Origin: Dictyostelium discoideum
Lineage: Eukaryota
NCBI GenBank assembly: GCA_000004695.1
Contig: CM000151.3
Span: 1,568,001 to 1,632,000, forward strand
Direction: 5' to 3'
Length of the DNA: 64,000 bases
Below the pieces are notes generated by a model. It was not told where the DNA came from. It did no database searches and worked only from the letters and a program-made list of their open reading frames with translations. Below are positions 46,501 through 58,167 of the stretch, piece after piece (the stretch's first letter is position 1; the number at the start of each line of letters is the position of its first letter). The position numbers were made by a program, and so were the translations under genes.

Positions 46501-47296
46501 TCCAACCATCCCTAAAACGGAATTCCAATCATCTCTAAACTTAAGAGGCTACAGCTATAATCAACTCTTCAACAACATACTGAAGATAAAAGACCCTAAA
46601 ACAAGAGACACAATGTTTAGATTCCATGCCAGATGCCTTCCAATAAACTACCTTCACAACAAACAATGCCCACTCTGCAAAGAAGATATGAGCAAAGACC
46701 CATACGGTCACCTGTTCTTCTCATGCAAGAAAACAAAACAATTCATAAAAATAAATAAACTCAAAAATTTCATCTATATTACCACAGGCAAAGGTAAAAA
46801 CTGGCACCATACAAGAATTAGGCAAAATAACAATTTCATTAATAGAATAACTCCAAAATTATCACCGACAGCCAAAAAAGATCAAGAAGTGAATGCAGAT
46901 TACGCCAACCACAGATTCCACAAAGAATACTTTGAATGGAACTATAAAGCAATAGACTATGATCTAACTAGATCATTCGCATATAGAAACCTAATGGCCC
47001 TTATCCTCCACAACATTTGGATTTGGATTTGCAATCAAATATACAGTGAAGATCCTTTAACAGATGAATCACTATCATACAGCTCCCTTCTAAAGAAATG
47101 GCACAAATTGGCCACTCTAGAATACATCAAAAAAGCAAAAGATCTGAAAAACTTATCAGCAAAAGACCATAATAACTTCAAAGATCCTAAGATCCTTCTC
47201 ACTTCAACGATCAAGTTAAGAAAAACAACAGCTAATTACTATTGTATTCCAGAATCATCTCTCCCAAATATTATATCTTTTGATCAATTCATATGA
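43592..47296 (+). CDS. Retrotransposon ORF2 (1234 aa): apurinic-endonuclease-like N-terminus, reverse transcriptase, C-terminal Cys-rich domain
   Basis: The N-terminus is MVVIKINQWNVRGWGTD (L1-type EN start). The RT blocks are YRPISL-like 'RRPITLANCIYKI', 'FEKAFDSISHGSIL' and 'SFADDSASMV'. Confidence 0.85.
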   Translation: MVVIKINQWNVRGWGTDTSFKNKTDFIKSQSPPNSLALTIVNELNADATQAHQLFPGSIISATNRGNGIGILNHNNQNIKLSPIFIIEGRLIISDILIKDTTTRILAIYAPAQPDKRKTLASTLNKHFNNQYHNLTSNPKKNIDIIAGDFNCLDFNDNHTSNDDQGNLTTQSPDEMATVIEAIRISNNLMDMDQLNKRPTFSRTIHNTNNNLTRILERRLDRIYLNNSIINYSQLYLRNLIPPKINDIPLSDHNFLSTTFTLPNIQMNKRRWRLKKSSILSSIMLKKIDFLLNDYSRELSSNHNSISFSQLNSLLNKIKQLYTEFQKQNDYNNKANIKNLISLLETEFKDQAFATLSAINESKKREEQLKQELNNYCEETSLKYISARIKKRHNDFTINAVKDAQGRTINKQELIEEEYVKYYSNLYDYKEDDPPSHYEMLENWTVTRDSTWDNLENEFTSQEILEVIKQLNPHKSPGPDGIPNLFYITHKEKLAPILASAFNDTLRNPHLISKNYKEGLIITIPKKGDPELIKNRRPITLANCIYKIHSKLINNRIIPILTKVINHNQKGFVPGRFIIDNIISMNELINYCNDKRINGIITLYDFEKAFDSISHGSILRSLQHINIPTNIINLIMNLLTKSEARIEINGRTTIPFEIKRGVKQGDPLSPTLFVLVIEALARKILQDDRITGLPLNNSNHREKFQSFADDSASMVPDSQQLELVLQHFNSFCKATSSKLNIDKSSSILIGNPDNTNQRIPISTNPERYLGYFFTGKGITRKMPEILNTIRSSLVLWKTTDSTIKTKTNILKAFALSKLTYYSYVENFKEEELNQINKLVEWFLSAPNNKNASGFQVINLMRTKRARYPLKVGGWNIWNIELRQLAQKLWIINQFILALETKQTNSSHHKSWEYQIQKNKFTSRYLKENLDEWNKIRIKKAIFNNNLTSIKNENGQPLSLAEWYTTIQDQNPTIPKTEFQSSLNLRGYSYNQLFNNILKIKDPKTRDTMFRFHARCLPINYLHNKQCPLCKEDMSKDPYGHLFFSCKKTKQFIKINKLKNFIYITTGKGKNWHHTRIRQNNNFINRITPKLSPTAKKDQEVNADYANHRFHKEYFEWNYKAIDYDLTRSFAYRNLMALILHNIWIWICNQIYSEDPLTDESLSYSSLLKKWHKLATLEYIKKAKDLKNLSAKDHNNFKDPKILLTSTIKLRKTTANYYCIPESSLPNIISFDQFI

Positions 47297-47393
47297 TTAA
47301 AATAACCCTTCAGCTTAAATGATAAGCCTTTAAATAAATATTAAATAAAACTCGTATTAACACAGATGGACATATATCAATCTTGTTAATCCA

Positions 47394-47432
<39 letters not shown>

Positions 47433-47437
<5 letters not shown>

Positions 47438-47465
47438 GTCCTCAGTTCGATTCTGAGCTCGGGCA
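47433..47465 (+). tRNA. 3' portion of the same tRNA: target-site duplication copy, T arm, acceptor 3' strand and discriminator A, followed by a T6 Pol III terminator
   Basis: agagggtc-CTCAG-TTCGATT-CTGAG-CTCGGGC-A then tttttt. Joined with 42103-42172 (minus one target-site duplication copy) it gives 91 nt, which is a 73-nt tRNA plus the 18-nt intron. Confidence 0.6.
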
Positions 47466-47494
47466 TTTTTTCCTCCTAGACAGGATGGATCAAT

Positions 47495-47505
47495 GGTTCG
47501 AATCT
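47495..47505 (+). promoter_or_regulatory. Extra B box (exB) downstream of the tRNA gene
   Basis: 'ggttcgaatct' is a 10/11 match to the B-box consensus GGTTCGANTCC. It lies about 30 nt 3' of the tRNA terminator. Established knowledge: many D. discoideum tRNA genes carry a downstream exB box. Confidence 0.5.
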
Positions 47506-47666
47506 GCAAAAATTAATAATAAAACTTATTTTTTTTTATATTAGGTTTTTAAACTGGTTGTGTAGGTTGTGAGTTTTTATTTTTATTTTTTTATATATTT
47601 TTTTTTTAGCAAATTAAATTGTTTTTTTGGATAGATTCAAACTAAAAAAAATTTTATTTTTTTATT

Positions 47667-48272
47667 TTAATTATTACAGTAATAGATTTCTGGTGTATTT
47701 TGGCTACACTCTGGGAATTCTAGAGCATGAGAGAATATAGCGTTTGTGCAGGAATCGGTACTAAAATAATAATTCTCATCATATGAAGTCTCATTACAAC
47801 TTGTAGTTTTAATAGAGCCAACATCAGTATAGGTGCATATATTTAAACCCAAGGAAGCTACTTGAATAATATCATCCTTCCAAGCAGGGTTAGAATCAGG
47901 GCATTGGCCATTTGTTAAATATTCAACTAGTGAATTAGTTCCAAGATCATAATCTTCTGTACAACTATAAATAACATTATTTGATGTTCCAAAATCATTG
48001 GTACATTTATTTGCTTCAAGATTTATAGATTCAGATCCACCTTGACAATTTGATCCATAATATTGGGTTCTTGTTATATTATTATTTGCAGCATCACATG
48101 TATACATAAGGCTTGTTCCTTCATTACATAAATTGGTTGTTCTATAATGAACAAGGGTCATTCCATTTTTACAAGAATAATCATTTATTTGATAGTATTC
48201 AACTTTAAGATATCCTGAATAAATACTTTTAAATAATAATGATAAAAATATAAATTGAAATAAAATTTTCAT
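47667..48272 (-). CDS. Secreted cysteine-rich protein (201 aa), function unknown
   Basis: Signal peptide MKILFQFIFLSLLFKSIYS. It has 14 Cys and is rich in N/T/S/Y. The ORF is complete. Confidence 0.6.
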   Translation of the reverse strand: MKILFQFIFLSLLFKSIYSGYLKVEYYQINDYSCKNGMTLVHYRTTNLCNEGTSLMYTCDAANNNITRTQYYGSNCQGGSESINLEANKCTNDFGTSNNVIYSCTEDYDLGTNSLVEYLTNGQCPDSNPAWKDDIIQVASLGLNICTYTDVGSIKTTSCNETSYDENYYFSTDSCTNAIFSHALEFPECSQNTPEIYYCNN

Positions 48273-48615
48273 TTTTTTAATATTTATTAATGACGAGATA
48301 AAAGTAAAACAATTTAAATTTTTTTTTTTTTTTTTTTTTATTTTTAAAAAAAAAGATATTTATTTTTTGTTTGTAAAAAAAAAAAGATATTTATTTTATT
48401 TTTTTTAAAAAAAAAAAAATTAAAAATAAAAAAAAAACATTTGACATCATAAATATCTTCCTATTTATTTAAGTTTTAAAGATATTTTTTTTATCGAAAT
48501 CTAAAATTTTTAAAATAAAAAGAATAAAACTAAAGTCAAAAATTAAAATGATATATTTTTATTTTTATTTTTATTTTTATTTTTAATTTGATTTTATTAC
48601 AATTTATATTTTATT

Positions 48616-48877
48616 TTATTTAAAACTTCTAAGTTTAAAACGTTGTTTTACAGAGAATGATTTTTTCATTGTAAATAATCTAATGGAATATCTATGTTTT
48701 CTATAAATTAAAATAGCACCTAATGTGAGAAGTGAAACACAAACAACTGGTACAACAACAGCAACTGGAATTACCCAATTTTTTTTTGTTTCTGAATTAC
48801 CACAAGATGATTCAAAGTTTGGAGATACTATTATTTTAAAATTAATTAATTAATAATTTTTTTTTAAAAAAATTAGA

Positions 48878-48949
<72 letters not shown>

Positions 48950-51900
48950 TTAAAAAAATTATTATACAAACCTAAAACAGAGAAATCTGGATCAATAAAA
49001 CATTCATTTGAACAATGTGGTAAATTTAAACCAACAACAATTGTAGAAGATGAAGATAAATCTTTAACAATTTCACTAGACATAAAAGTTGATCTTCCAT
49101 CAGATACAACTTTATTAATGAATCTACCACTTAAAATTTTTGAATTCTTTGAAATTGAAATGTAATTTAATGTTAAATTTGGATCAATATTTGAGGTATC
49201 AGATTCAGATTCATGTTGATTACAAGAGTTATCTTCTTCACTATCAAGATTTGATGTTTCACCTGCAGATGATAAAAATCTTAATTGTAATGTATTTAGG
49301 GCACTTTCATATTGATAATTTTTAATTGAAACTGAAATTTTTAAACCACCTTGATCAATTTCTAAATTCATACCTGCAAATGTATATTTTTTAGATGAAT
49401 TAACAATTTCTTCAATTATTAAGGTTATATTTGAAAATTGATCAATTTGTTGTGAAAATTGATAAATATATTTGGTGGATGGATCAATGGTAATATCCCA
49501 TTTCTTTTTTAAATCATTGGTTTTAACAACCTCACCATTATAATCTAATTCAACAATTGAAATTATTGAAATTTCATAATTTACATCTTGATTACTAATT
49601 GATGCTGCCCCAGTTTCCACATTGACTTCTGTTTTTGATACTGGAATTTCTTGATTCTTTGTTTCTCCTCCAATTGTGGTTGAAGTTGTTGATGAAGATG
49701 ATGTTGTAGGTGGTTTAAGTGATGAACAATCAAAACCAGAATAATCAGAACTACAAGTACAAACACCAATTGATGTATCACATTTACCATGATTTGAACA
49801 ATCTTTTGGACATTTAAATACTGTACTAATATATTGGAATTTATTTTTACCAATAAAACTACTACCATTTTGTGTTATGTTTACATCTTTTGTACCTGAG
49901 CCTGCTGGTAATTCACAAATAATTGTATTTTCAGTTTCTATTGGATCAACACATTCAACTCCTCCAATTGTTACTGTTAAATTAATATGTTGATTACTAA
50001 ACCAACCATAAATTGTAACTTGACCACCACTTGTTGTACATGGATCAATTGAACTTAAATAATGAATTGGTGTTGTACAATTATCAGATTTCCAATTGGG
50101 AGTACATTTACATTTACCAATGTCATAATTACAAACACCATTATTTAAACAATTTACTGAACATAAAATACCACTACAATCTGAATAGGTCGTACCATCA
50201 TTACATGAACAAATACCAGTTTGATTATTACATGAACCTAAACCACTACATTCGATATTATTTTTTGATGGACAAGTAATTAAATTTAATTCACAACTTT
50301 CACCTTGATGAGATGAATCACAATTACATTTTCCTATGGTAGTATCACAAATACCATGACCATTACAGTCTGACTGACATCTAATACCACTACAATCAGC
50401 GCCAACTCTACCAATATCGCAGGTACAACTACCAGTTTGATTATTACATGTGCCCCATCCACTACAAATTGCTTTGTTTGAAGTTGGACATGAAACTAAA
50501 TCCATTTCACAACCAGCTCCTTGGTGAGAAGAATCACAATTACATTGACCTACAGTGGTATCACAATAGCCATGTCCACTGCAATCTGATACTGGACATG
50601 AAATACCACTACAATCACTACCTACTCTATTAGCATCACAAGTACAAATACCAGTTTGATAGTTACATGTACCCCACCCACTACAAGTTGCTTTGTTTGA
50701 AGTTGGACATAAAATTAAATCCATTTCACAACCAGCTCCTTGATGAGAAGAATCACAATTACATTGACCTATAGTGGTATCACAATAGCCATGTCCACTG
50801 CAATCCGATACTGGACATGCAATACCACTACAATCACTACCTACTCTATTAGCATCACAAGTACAAATACCAGTTTGATTATTACATGTACCCCATCCAC
50901 TACAAACTGACCTATTTGGCGTTGGACATGAAACAAAATTCATTTCACAATTAGCTCCCTGATGAGATGGATCACAACTACATTGACCTACAGTGGTATC
51001 ACAATTACCATTTCCATTACAGTTTGGTACTGGACATGAAATACCACTACAATCACTACCTACTCTATTAGCATCACAAGTACAAATACCAGTTTGATTA
51101 TTACATGTGCCCCATCCACTACAAATTGCTTTATTTGAAGTTGGACATGAAACTAAATCCATTTCACAACCAGCTCCTTGATGAGAAGAATCACAATTAC
51201 ATTTACCAATACTAGTATCACAATAACCATGATCACTACAATCTGATATTGGACATGCAGTTTCACTACAATCATTACCTGTTCTACCAGTACCACATGC
51301 ACATACACCTGTCTTTTTATCACATATACCAAATCCACTACAAATAAGACTAGAATCATTAGATGGACAAATTAATGAAACGACTATAGATGAACAATCA
51401 ATACCTCCATATCCTTCATAACAATCACAAGATCCAGTTCTTGAAATACATAATCCATGATTACTGCAACCGTTTAGACATTGAAAAATTTTAATTTGAG
51501 TACCATTTTGTAAATTAGGATCATAATCAACTGTTAGATGTACACCCAATGTTTGCCAACCAGCCAAGTTCCTAACGGTTAAATATGTTTTCATATTTAA
51601 ACCCAAAACCAAAGAATCATCGACAGCAGTAGTAGTTGTAGTTCCAAGTTGATTGGTAGTTGCAAGTGAATTATCAGCTATAATTATTTCGCTATTACTA
51701 TTTGTCATTTCAATTGCATTACTAATGACACATTCAATTCTATAAAATGTTGAAGAGATAATATTACAATAATAATTTGAAATATTAATGGAAATTAAAG
51801 TTTTATCATATGTGAAATCAGAACCATCAAAAATAACTGTATAATTTGGATAAACTGTTACCATTGAAACAGTTGGATTGTTTTGAATTACTCTTGCGAA

Positions 51901-52270
51901 TAATGTTACTCCTGGATTTTGGAAAAAAATGGAAAACAATTGATTGGTTGAATAAGTATAACTGGCACTAAATCTTGTTGATGGAATTTCCACTTCCCAT
52001 TGTAAATTTGGTATTGTTACTATATTGCTACCATTAAAACCTAAATTTCTACCTTCCATATAAATTTTACCAGTTCCCATTCTCAATGATGGTTCAATTG
52101 CACCACAATAACTATTTGCTGAATCTTTATTTGTAAAATAATTTCCTAAAAAATTATTTTCTAAATTATTTTTCATAAAACAAATAAAACAATTTGGGAT
52201 TAAACTTTTTTATTTTTATTTTTTTAATAATAAAAAATGGATTAATAATTTTTAATTAAAAAAAAAACAA

Positions 52271-52351
<81 letters not shown>

Positions 52352-53603
52352 TACATACCCAGTAAAACCATTATTTGAAAAATTAGTATTACTAATTGAA
52401 CAATATGATTGTGGAATTGTACCAACTATATTATTATTTGATATATCTAAATTTTTTGTAAAATTTAAATTATGAATTTCTGGTAAAAAACCTCCAATTA
52501 AATTATCTGATAAATTAATGTTCACAACCTTTGATAATACTGAAAAAGCAGATTCAATATTTGTAAAATTTGAACCAGAAAGTTTAAAATTTGAAACTAA
52601 AGATGATACATTTTTAAATTGGAATGAATTAGTTAAAACGATTGAAAAATCTCTACTTGTTATTATTTCTACATCTGTTAAATCTGGATAATTTTTGAAT
52701 GTCAATCTTTGAGGAGTTTTTTGAATTCCAATTTTTAATTTCAATTTTTTTACTGTCATTATATTATCACCTTCAAATAAATAATATTGATTTGTCATTG
52801 AATTAAAATCTCTAGTTGTTATTTCACTTTTTTTTTTGTTTTTTTATTTTTAAAAAAAATAATAATAATTAATAATCACTAATTTTATAATTATTATTAT
52901 TATTATTATTGAAAAAAAGAATAATTTTAAATAAACTTACATTTCCTCAATACCTGTATAATTTCTAAATCTATCAAATGAATTTTCATCAAATTGATTT
53001 TGTAAATCTAATTTAAATTTTTTGATGTTGGTAAATCCTGAAAAATCTGGAAGATTTTTTGAAAATAATTCTCTAATTATCATAATATTAGTTTTTAAAT
53101 AAAATAAAATAAATAATAATCTTAAGATTATTATGATGATGCAAAATACTTACAAAGATCTTGGATATGAAGTACCACCCCCATTACTTCTGGAATATGT
53201 AACTTGTTGAAGACCCCCTATATTTGAATTATCAACAAGTTTTCTTTATACCAAATGAATTATTAGTGATTTATTGATAAAATAAATTATTAAATGAAAA
53301 AAAAAAAAAACTTACAAGTTTACAATATTTGTTAAACCTTCTAAATATTGTACATAGTTCAATGTTGTATTAAAACCAATAAAAACTGATGGTAAATGTA
53401 CTTGAGTTGATATTGATCCAAAAATTGGTCTTGGATTTATTATTTTAACTGATGTTACACCTTGATAATCTTGATTATAATTGTTAGTATTCATAAAATT
53501 TGTAGCATTACTAAAAAAGCTATTGTCAATCATAAAATCATACAAAGTTCTTTTTTATTATATTTAAAAATATATATATATTTATAAAAAAAAAAAAGTG
53601 TAA

Positions 53604-53638
<35 letters not shown>

Positions 53639-53951
53639 CTTACATTGAAGTTAAATTAAAAAAACCAACAAACTCATTGGGCATTGGATTTATATCATCA
53701 ATATTACTGTGTAAAATTATTTCTGTAATATAACTTCCAAAACATTTAAAACTAATTCCATCACACAAAATATTTTCTTTACCAACGAATTCCTTATCGC
53801 TATAAATGGGTTGAATGGTATTATTTCCATGATTATTTAGAATCCCCACTGCTAAATTATATTCAGTTCTTATGATTGCATTATTAATTCCAATTAATAA
53901 TGTTATTATTAATACCAATATTAAAAATAAATTATTAATATAATATTTCAT
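48616..53951 (-). CDS. Large type-I membrane receptor-like protein of about 1558 aa: signal peptide, leucine-rich repeats, eight tandem tenascin-type EGF repeats, IPT/TIG domain, EGF, S/T-rich stalk, transmembrane segment, short tail. Exons (minus strand) 53644..53951, 53316..53549, 53154..53243, 52941..53072, 52359..52826, 48972..52204, 48616..48827
   Basis: Signal peptide MKYYINNLFLILVLIITLLIGINNA. LRR exons (…NLVDNSNIGGL…, …NINLSDNLIGGFLPEIHNLNFTKNLDISNNNIVGTIP…). Donors are GTAAGT/GTATGT/GTTTGT (reverse complement 'acttac' at 53310, 53148, 52935, 'acatac' at 52353, 'acaaac' at 48966). Introns are (AAT)n/(ATT)n or poly-A. The summed exon length of 4677 nt is a multiple of 3. The EGF repeat is CP.S.C.GHGYCDT..G.C.CD..HQGAGCEM.L.SCPT.N...CSGWGTCN.QTG.C.CD..R.G.DCSG. 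IPT: ...PCTTSGGQVTIYGWFSNQHINLTVTIGGVECV.... The last exon reads ...NWVIPVAVVVPVVCVSLLTLGAILIYRKHRY.... Confidence 0.65.
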
Positions 53952-53973
53952 CTTTTATATTTATTGTATTTTT

Positions 53974-54013
<40 letters not shown>

Positions 54014-54395
54014 AATAAAAAACAAAAACAAAAAAAAAAAAAAATAAAAATAACAATCATCTCAGAATTCTAAAAAAAATGGCAATCGGTAAACGGTTTT
54101 TATTTTATTTTTATTTTTTTTTTATTTTTTTTTAAATTTTAGATATTTTTTGTACAATGTTTTTTTTTTTTTGATCTAGATTGTGTTGGTCAATTTTTCA
54201 TTTTTTTTTTTCTTTTATTTTCATTTTTTAATTTTTTTATTTGAGAAATAGATAATATACATTTTGATATTTTAAATAAAAAAAAAAAAAAAGAAAAAAA
54301 TAAAAAAATAAAAAATAAAAAAATAAAAAATAAAAAATAAAAAATAAATGAAATTTCCAATAAATTATTAAAATATATTTAAATTATTATATTGT

Positions 54396-56930
54396 TTATT
54401 TTTTTAAATTTTCATCACTATTTTCTTCTTTTGGTTGTTGTGGTTCAATTGAATCGACTTCTTTTTGTTGAGATTCAGTTGATAACTCGGCCTCTTTTAT
54501 TTTTTCATTTTCAGTTTCGCCAGTTAATTCAGCCCAAGTAGTTTGTTCACCATATGGACGTGGACCAAGTATAGTTCTGAGATCATCACGTTGAATCACT
54601 TCTTTCTCTAATAAAATTGTAGCCAATTTAATGAGTAATTCTTTCTTTTCATGTAAGAGTTGAGTAGTTTTTGAGTAGGCGTCATTGACCATTCTTCTAA
54701 TTTCTTCATCAATCATACGAGCAGTTGCTTGACTGTATGGTTTAACTACGGTGATATCATCACCTTCCTTTCTGAATGAAGCAACACCAACCTTTTCACT
54801 CATACCATAGTTGACAACACTAGCACTTGCCATTTTGGTGACTTTATCTAAATCATCCATAGCACCTGTTGAAATACGATCGAAAATGATTGATTCAGCG
54901 ATACGACCACCCAATGAGACACAAATACGATCGAATAATTGTTCACGAGTGTAGAGGTATTGATCTTTTGGTTGATATTGTGCGAAACCCAATGTACCAG
55001 AACCACGTGGTACAATTGAAACCTTGAGAAGTGGATCAGTATGTTCAAGGAACCAACCAACAACAGCATGACCAGCTTCATGATGAGCTACGATAGTACG
55101 TTCCTCTGGTGACAATACACGATTCTCTCTCTTTAAACCAACCAATACTCTCTCGATTGCCTCTTCAAAGTGATCGAAATTGGCAGAGGTTGCATCTTTT
55201 CTTGCGGCAACCAATGCACCTTCATTACAAACGTTTGCTATATCGGCACCACTGAAACCTGGTGTAAGGGTTGCCAACTTCTTGGCGATCTCTTCCATTT
55301 CACCATCGAGTTTGATATTCTTTAAATGTACCATGAAAATGTCTTTTCTACCCTTGATATCAGGCTTACCAACATAGATTTGACGATCGAATCTACCTGG
55401 ACGAAGTAATGCTGGATCCAATACATCACTACGATTGGTACCGGCGAATACGACCACACCAGAGGTTGAAGAGAAACCATCCATTTCAACCAACAATTGA
55501 TTCAATGTATTCTCTCTCTCATCATTATGGAAACCACCACGTGATCTTGCTCTACCAACCGCATCGATTTCATCGATAAACACAATACAAGGTGTATTGG
55601 CACGTGCTTCCTTAAAGAGATCTCTAACACGAGATGGACCTACACCAACAAACATCTCGATGAAATCTGAACCACTAATTGTGTAAAAGTTGACACCAGC
55701 TTCACCAGCGGTTGCTTTTGCTAACAATGTTTTACCAGTACCTGGTGGACCTGATAAAATGGCACCCTTTGGTATACGTGCACCCAATTTCTTATAACGA
55801 CTTGGATCCTTCAAGAAGGAGACAAATTCCATAATCTCCTCCTTTGCTTCATCCATACCAGCGACATCCTTAAAAGTGGTGGTTGATGTTGCTTTCACAG
55901 CTTTACTCTTACTCTTAAACAATGATGAGGCACCTTTGGTCAATGATGAATTAATACCACGTGAAAAGTAAATCAATAAACCAATCATTAAAAGTGTTGG
56001 ACTAATTGCAACCAATTCTCTTAGGATCTTATTGGTATGATTGAATGTTGCAAACACTTGTTTGTTCAATGGAATTCCTAATGCATCTTGATCCTCTTGT
56101 AATTTTCTTTGGAAATCCTCTGGACTGATAATGGTGATAGTGTGAACTTTCAACGAACCAATACCACTTCCACCCACCTCTGGTTGTACCTTTTCAACAA
56201 CTTCCGCAGTTGTATTGGTTAATAAAATTGAGTGAATCTCTGCATTTGGTAAAATCTTATTTCTAAATGTTTGATAATCAATCTCATCATTCTGTGGTTT
56301 AATAAATGTAAAAATTAAAATATTTGCTGCAACTATCGCAAGTATTGCTGCTGCTCTTGGTGTAAAAAAACTTGAAATTGGTGAATCTGGTTGATTACCT
56401 TTTTTTTTATCTTCTTTATCTTTATTTTCTTCTTCATTTTCTTTTTCTTCTTTATTTTCTTTTTCTTCTTCTTTTTCTTCTTTTTCTTTTTCATCTTTTT
56501 CTTTTTCATCTTTTACTTTTTCATTTTCATTTTCTTTTTTATTTTCTACATCATTTTTATTTTTATCTTGTTTTACAGTGGTTTCTTTTTCATTTTCAAA
56601 CTTTTTTTCATTATCTTCATCTTTTGGTGATTTTGGTGGTGGTGATGATGATGAAAATCTTTTAAAATTTGATTGAATTTCTGATATAAATAATTTATTA
56701 TTTTCAATTTTATTATTATTAAAACTAGAGTAAATATTACATTTTAATATATTTCTATTACTATTATTATTATTATCTATTATTGATTGTGGTATTTTAT
56801 TATTTTCATTGTTATTTATTAAAGATCTATTTAAATATGATATTAATCTTGACTTTTTTGTTGTAGCATTATTTGAGGCAGTTGAAAATAAAATTTTGGT
56901 AGTTTTGAGGATATTACTACTGCTTGACAT
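54396..56930 (-). CDS. Mitochondrial m-AAA-type ATP-dependent zinc metalloprotease (FtsH/AFG3-like), 844 aa, intronless, with a K/E-rich N-terminal extension
   Basis: Walker [14 protein letters not shown]. FtsH second region of homology. Zinc site HEAGHAV. Block [87 protein letters not shown] closely matches AFG3L2-type m-AAA proteases. Confidence 0.85.
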   Translation of the reverse strand: MSSSSNILKTTKILFSTASNNATTKKSRLISYLNRSLINNNENNKIPQSIIDNNNNSNRNILKCNIYSSFNNNKIENNKLFISEIQSNFKRFSSSSPPPKSPKDEDNEKKFENEKETTVKQDKNKNDVENKKENENEKVKDEKEKDEKEKEEKEEEKENKEEKENEEENKDKEDKKKGNQPDSPISSFFTPRAAAILAIVAANILIFTFIKPQNDEIDYQTFRNKILPNAEIHSILLTNTTAEVVEKVQPEVGGSGIGSLKVHTITIISPEDFQRKLQEDQDALGIPLNKQVFATFNHTNKILRELVAISPTLLMIGLLIYFSRGINSSLTKGASSLFKSKSKAVKATSTTTFKDVAGMDEAKEEIMEFVSFLKDPSRYKKLGARIPKGAILSGPPGTGKTLLAKATAGEAGVNFYTISGSDFIEMFVGVGPSRVRDLFKEARANTPCIVFIDEIDAVGRARSRGGFHNDERENTLNQLLVEMDGFSSTSGVVVFAGTNRSDVLDPALLRPGRFDRQIYVGKPDIKGRKDIFMVHLKNIKLDGEMEEIAKKLATLTPGFSGADIANVCNEGALVAARKDATSANFDHFEEAIERVLVGLKRENRVLSPEERTIVAHHEAGHAVVGWFLEHTDPLLKVSIVPRGSGTLGFAQYQPKDQYLYTREQLFDRICVSLGGRIAESIIFDRISTGAMDDLDKVTKMASASVVNYGMSEKVGVASFRKEGDDITVVKPYSQATARMIDEEIRRMVNDAYSKTTQLLHEKKELLIKLATILLEKEVIQRDDLRTILGPRPYGEQTTWAELTGETENEKIKEAELSTESQQKEVDSIEPQQPKEENSDENLKK

Positions 56931-57154
56931 TTTTATAATTGTCCTTTTATATATTAATTAATGTATTATATGTATATATATATATATTTTTTTTTTTTTT
57001 GTGTGTATTGATATTATGTAATTTTGTTTATTTTATTTGTGAATATGTATTTTATTATTTGTTATGTGTTTTTTGATAAATTAATCAAAAACAATGCGCA
57101 AATGGGAAATTAGAATGAAAATGATTAAAAAAAAAAAAAATTAAAAAATTAAAA

Positions 57155-57185
<31 letters not shown>

Positions 57186-58167
57186 AATTAAAAAAAAAAA
57201 AAAAACAATTCAATTTCCATGTAAAGAGTATGTGTTAATTCTTCATTCGTTTTTATTTTCCAAATACAATTTTTTTTTTTATTTATTTAACCACAATCAA
57301 CTTTGGTTTTTTTTAGATTTTTAATTTTTTAAATTTAATAAATAATCTTTTTTTATTTATATTTTTTTTTTTTTTTTTTTTTTTATCCCAAAAAATAATA
57401 CACTAAGATGAAATGAAAAAAAAATTTCAACAGAGAAAAAAAAAAAAAAAAAAAAAATTTTTTTATAATATAGTACAAATAAGAATAATCAATAAACAAA
57501 AAATATAAACCCCAAAAAAAACAATGAGTTAATTGAAAAATACATATAATAAAGTTAATTAAACTTTAATTTGATTTTCGCCATTTTGCTTAAAAAAAGA
57601 AATTAAATTATCAACACTAATATTATTTATAAATATATTTTTTGCCATTAAGTGTTGGTGATGCATCTTTTGCTCAAAATATGAGAGGTGGTGTGTCTGT
57701 ATTTGGTAAAGAAACAATATTTACTGTGTTTCGAGAGTTTGTGCTACTTTTCTCTCCCCTTTAATTTTTAATGATTGATATTAATGAACCAAAAGCAAAT
57801 TTTCATCAATAGACCTTTTTATTTTTTTTTTTTTTTTTTTTTTTAATACAACATTTGGGTAATTTATTTATTTATTTATTTTTTTTTTTTTTTTTTTTTT
57901 TGCCCATAATCAAAAAAATCTTAATCTTTTTTGGAAAGCATTCAGAAATAAAATTAAAAATAAAAAAAAAAAAAAATTAAAAATAAATAAAAAATAAATA
58001 AAAAAAGATTTTTTTTAGATTCTATTGATGAATTTGCTTATGGGGTTTTGATGTGCTATCGAAATTGTGAAAATTAAAAAAAAAAATTATTTAATAATTT
58101 TTTTTTTTTTTTTTTTGTCATTCACAATTTATTTTTCTTCTTTAAAAATCTCTTTTTTTTTTTTATT

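Larger units (their letters stand above)
42173..47432 (+). mobile_element. Non-LTR (LINE-like) retrotransposon of the Dictyostelium tRNA-gene-targeted TRE type, apparently full length (about 5.26 kb), with ORF1, ORF2 (APE endonuclease, RT, Cys motif) and a 34-nt poly(A) tail
   Basis: It is flanked by a 12-bp target-site duplication 'agagggtcctca' (42161-42172 and 47433-47444). ORF1 and ORF2 overlap in ATAATGG at 43590-43594. ORF2 contains the RT motifs (...ITLYDFEKAFDSISH..., FADD) and a C-terminal CPLCKEDMSKDPYGHLFFSCKK zinc knuckle. Its codon usage is visibly less AT-rich than host genes. The subfamily (TRE5 versus TRE3) cannot be assigned without the consensus sequences. Confidence 0.85.
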
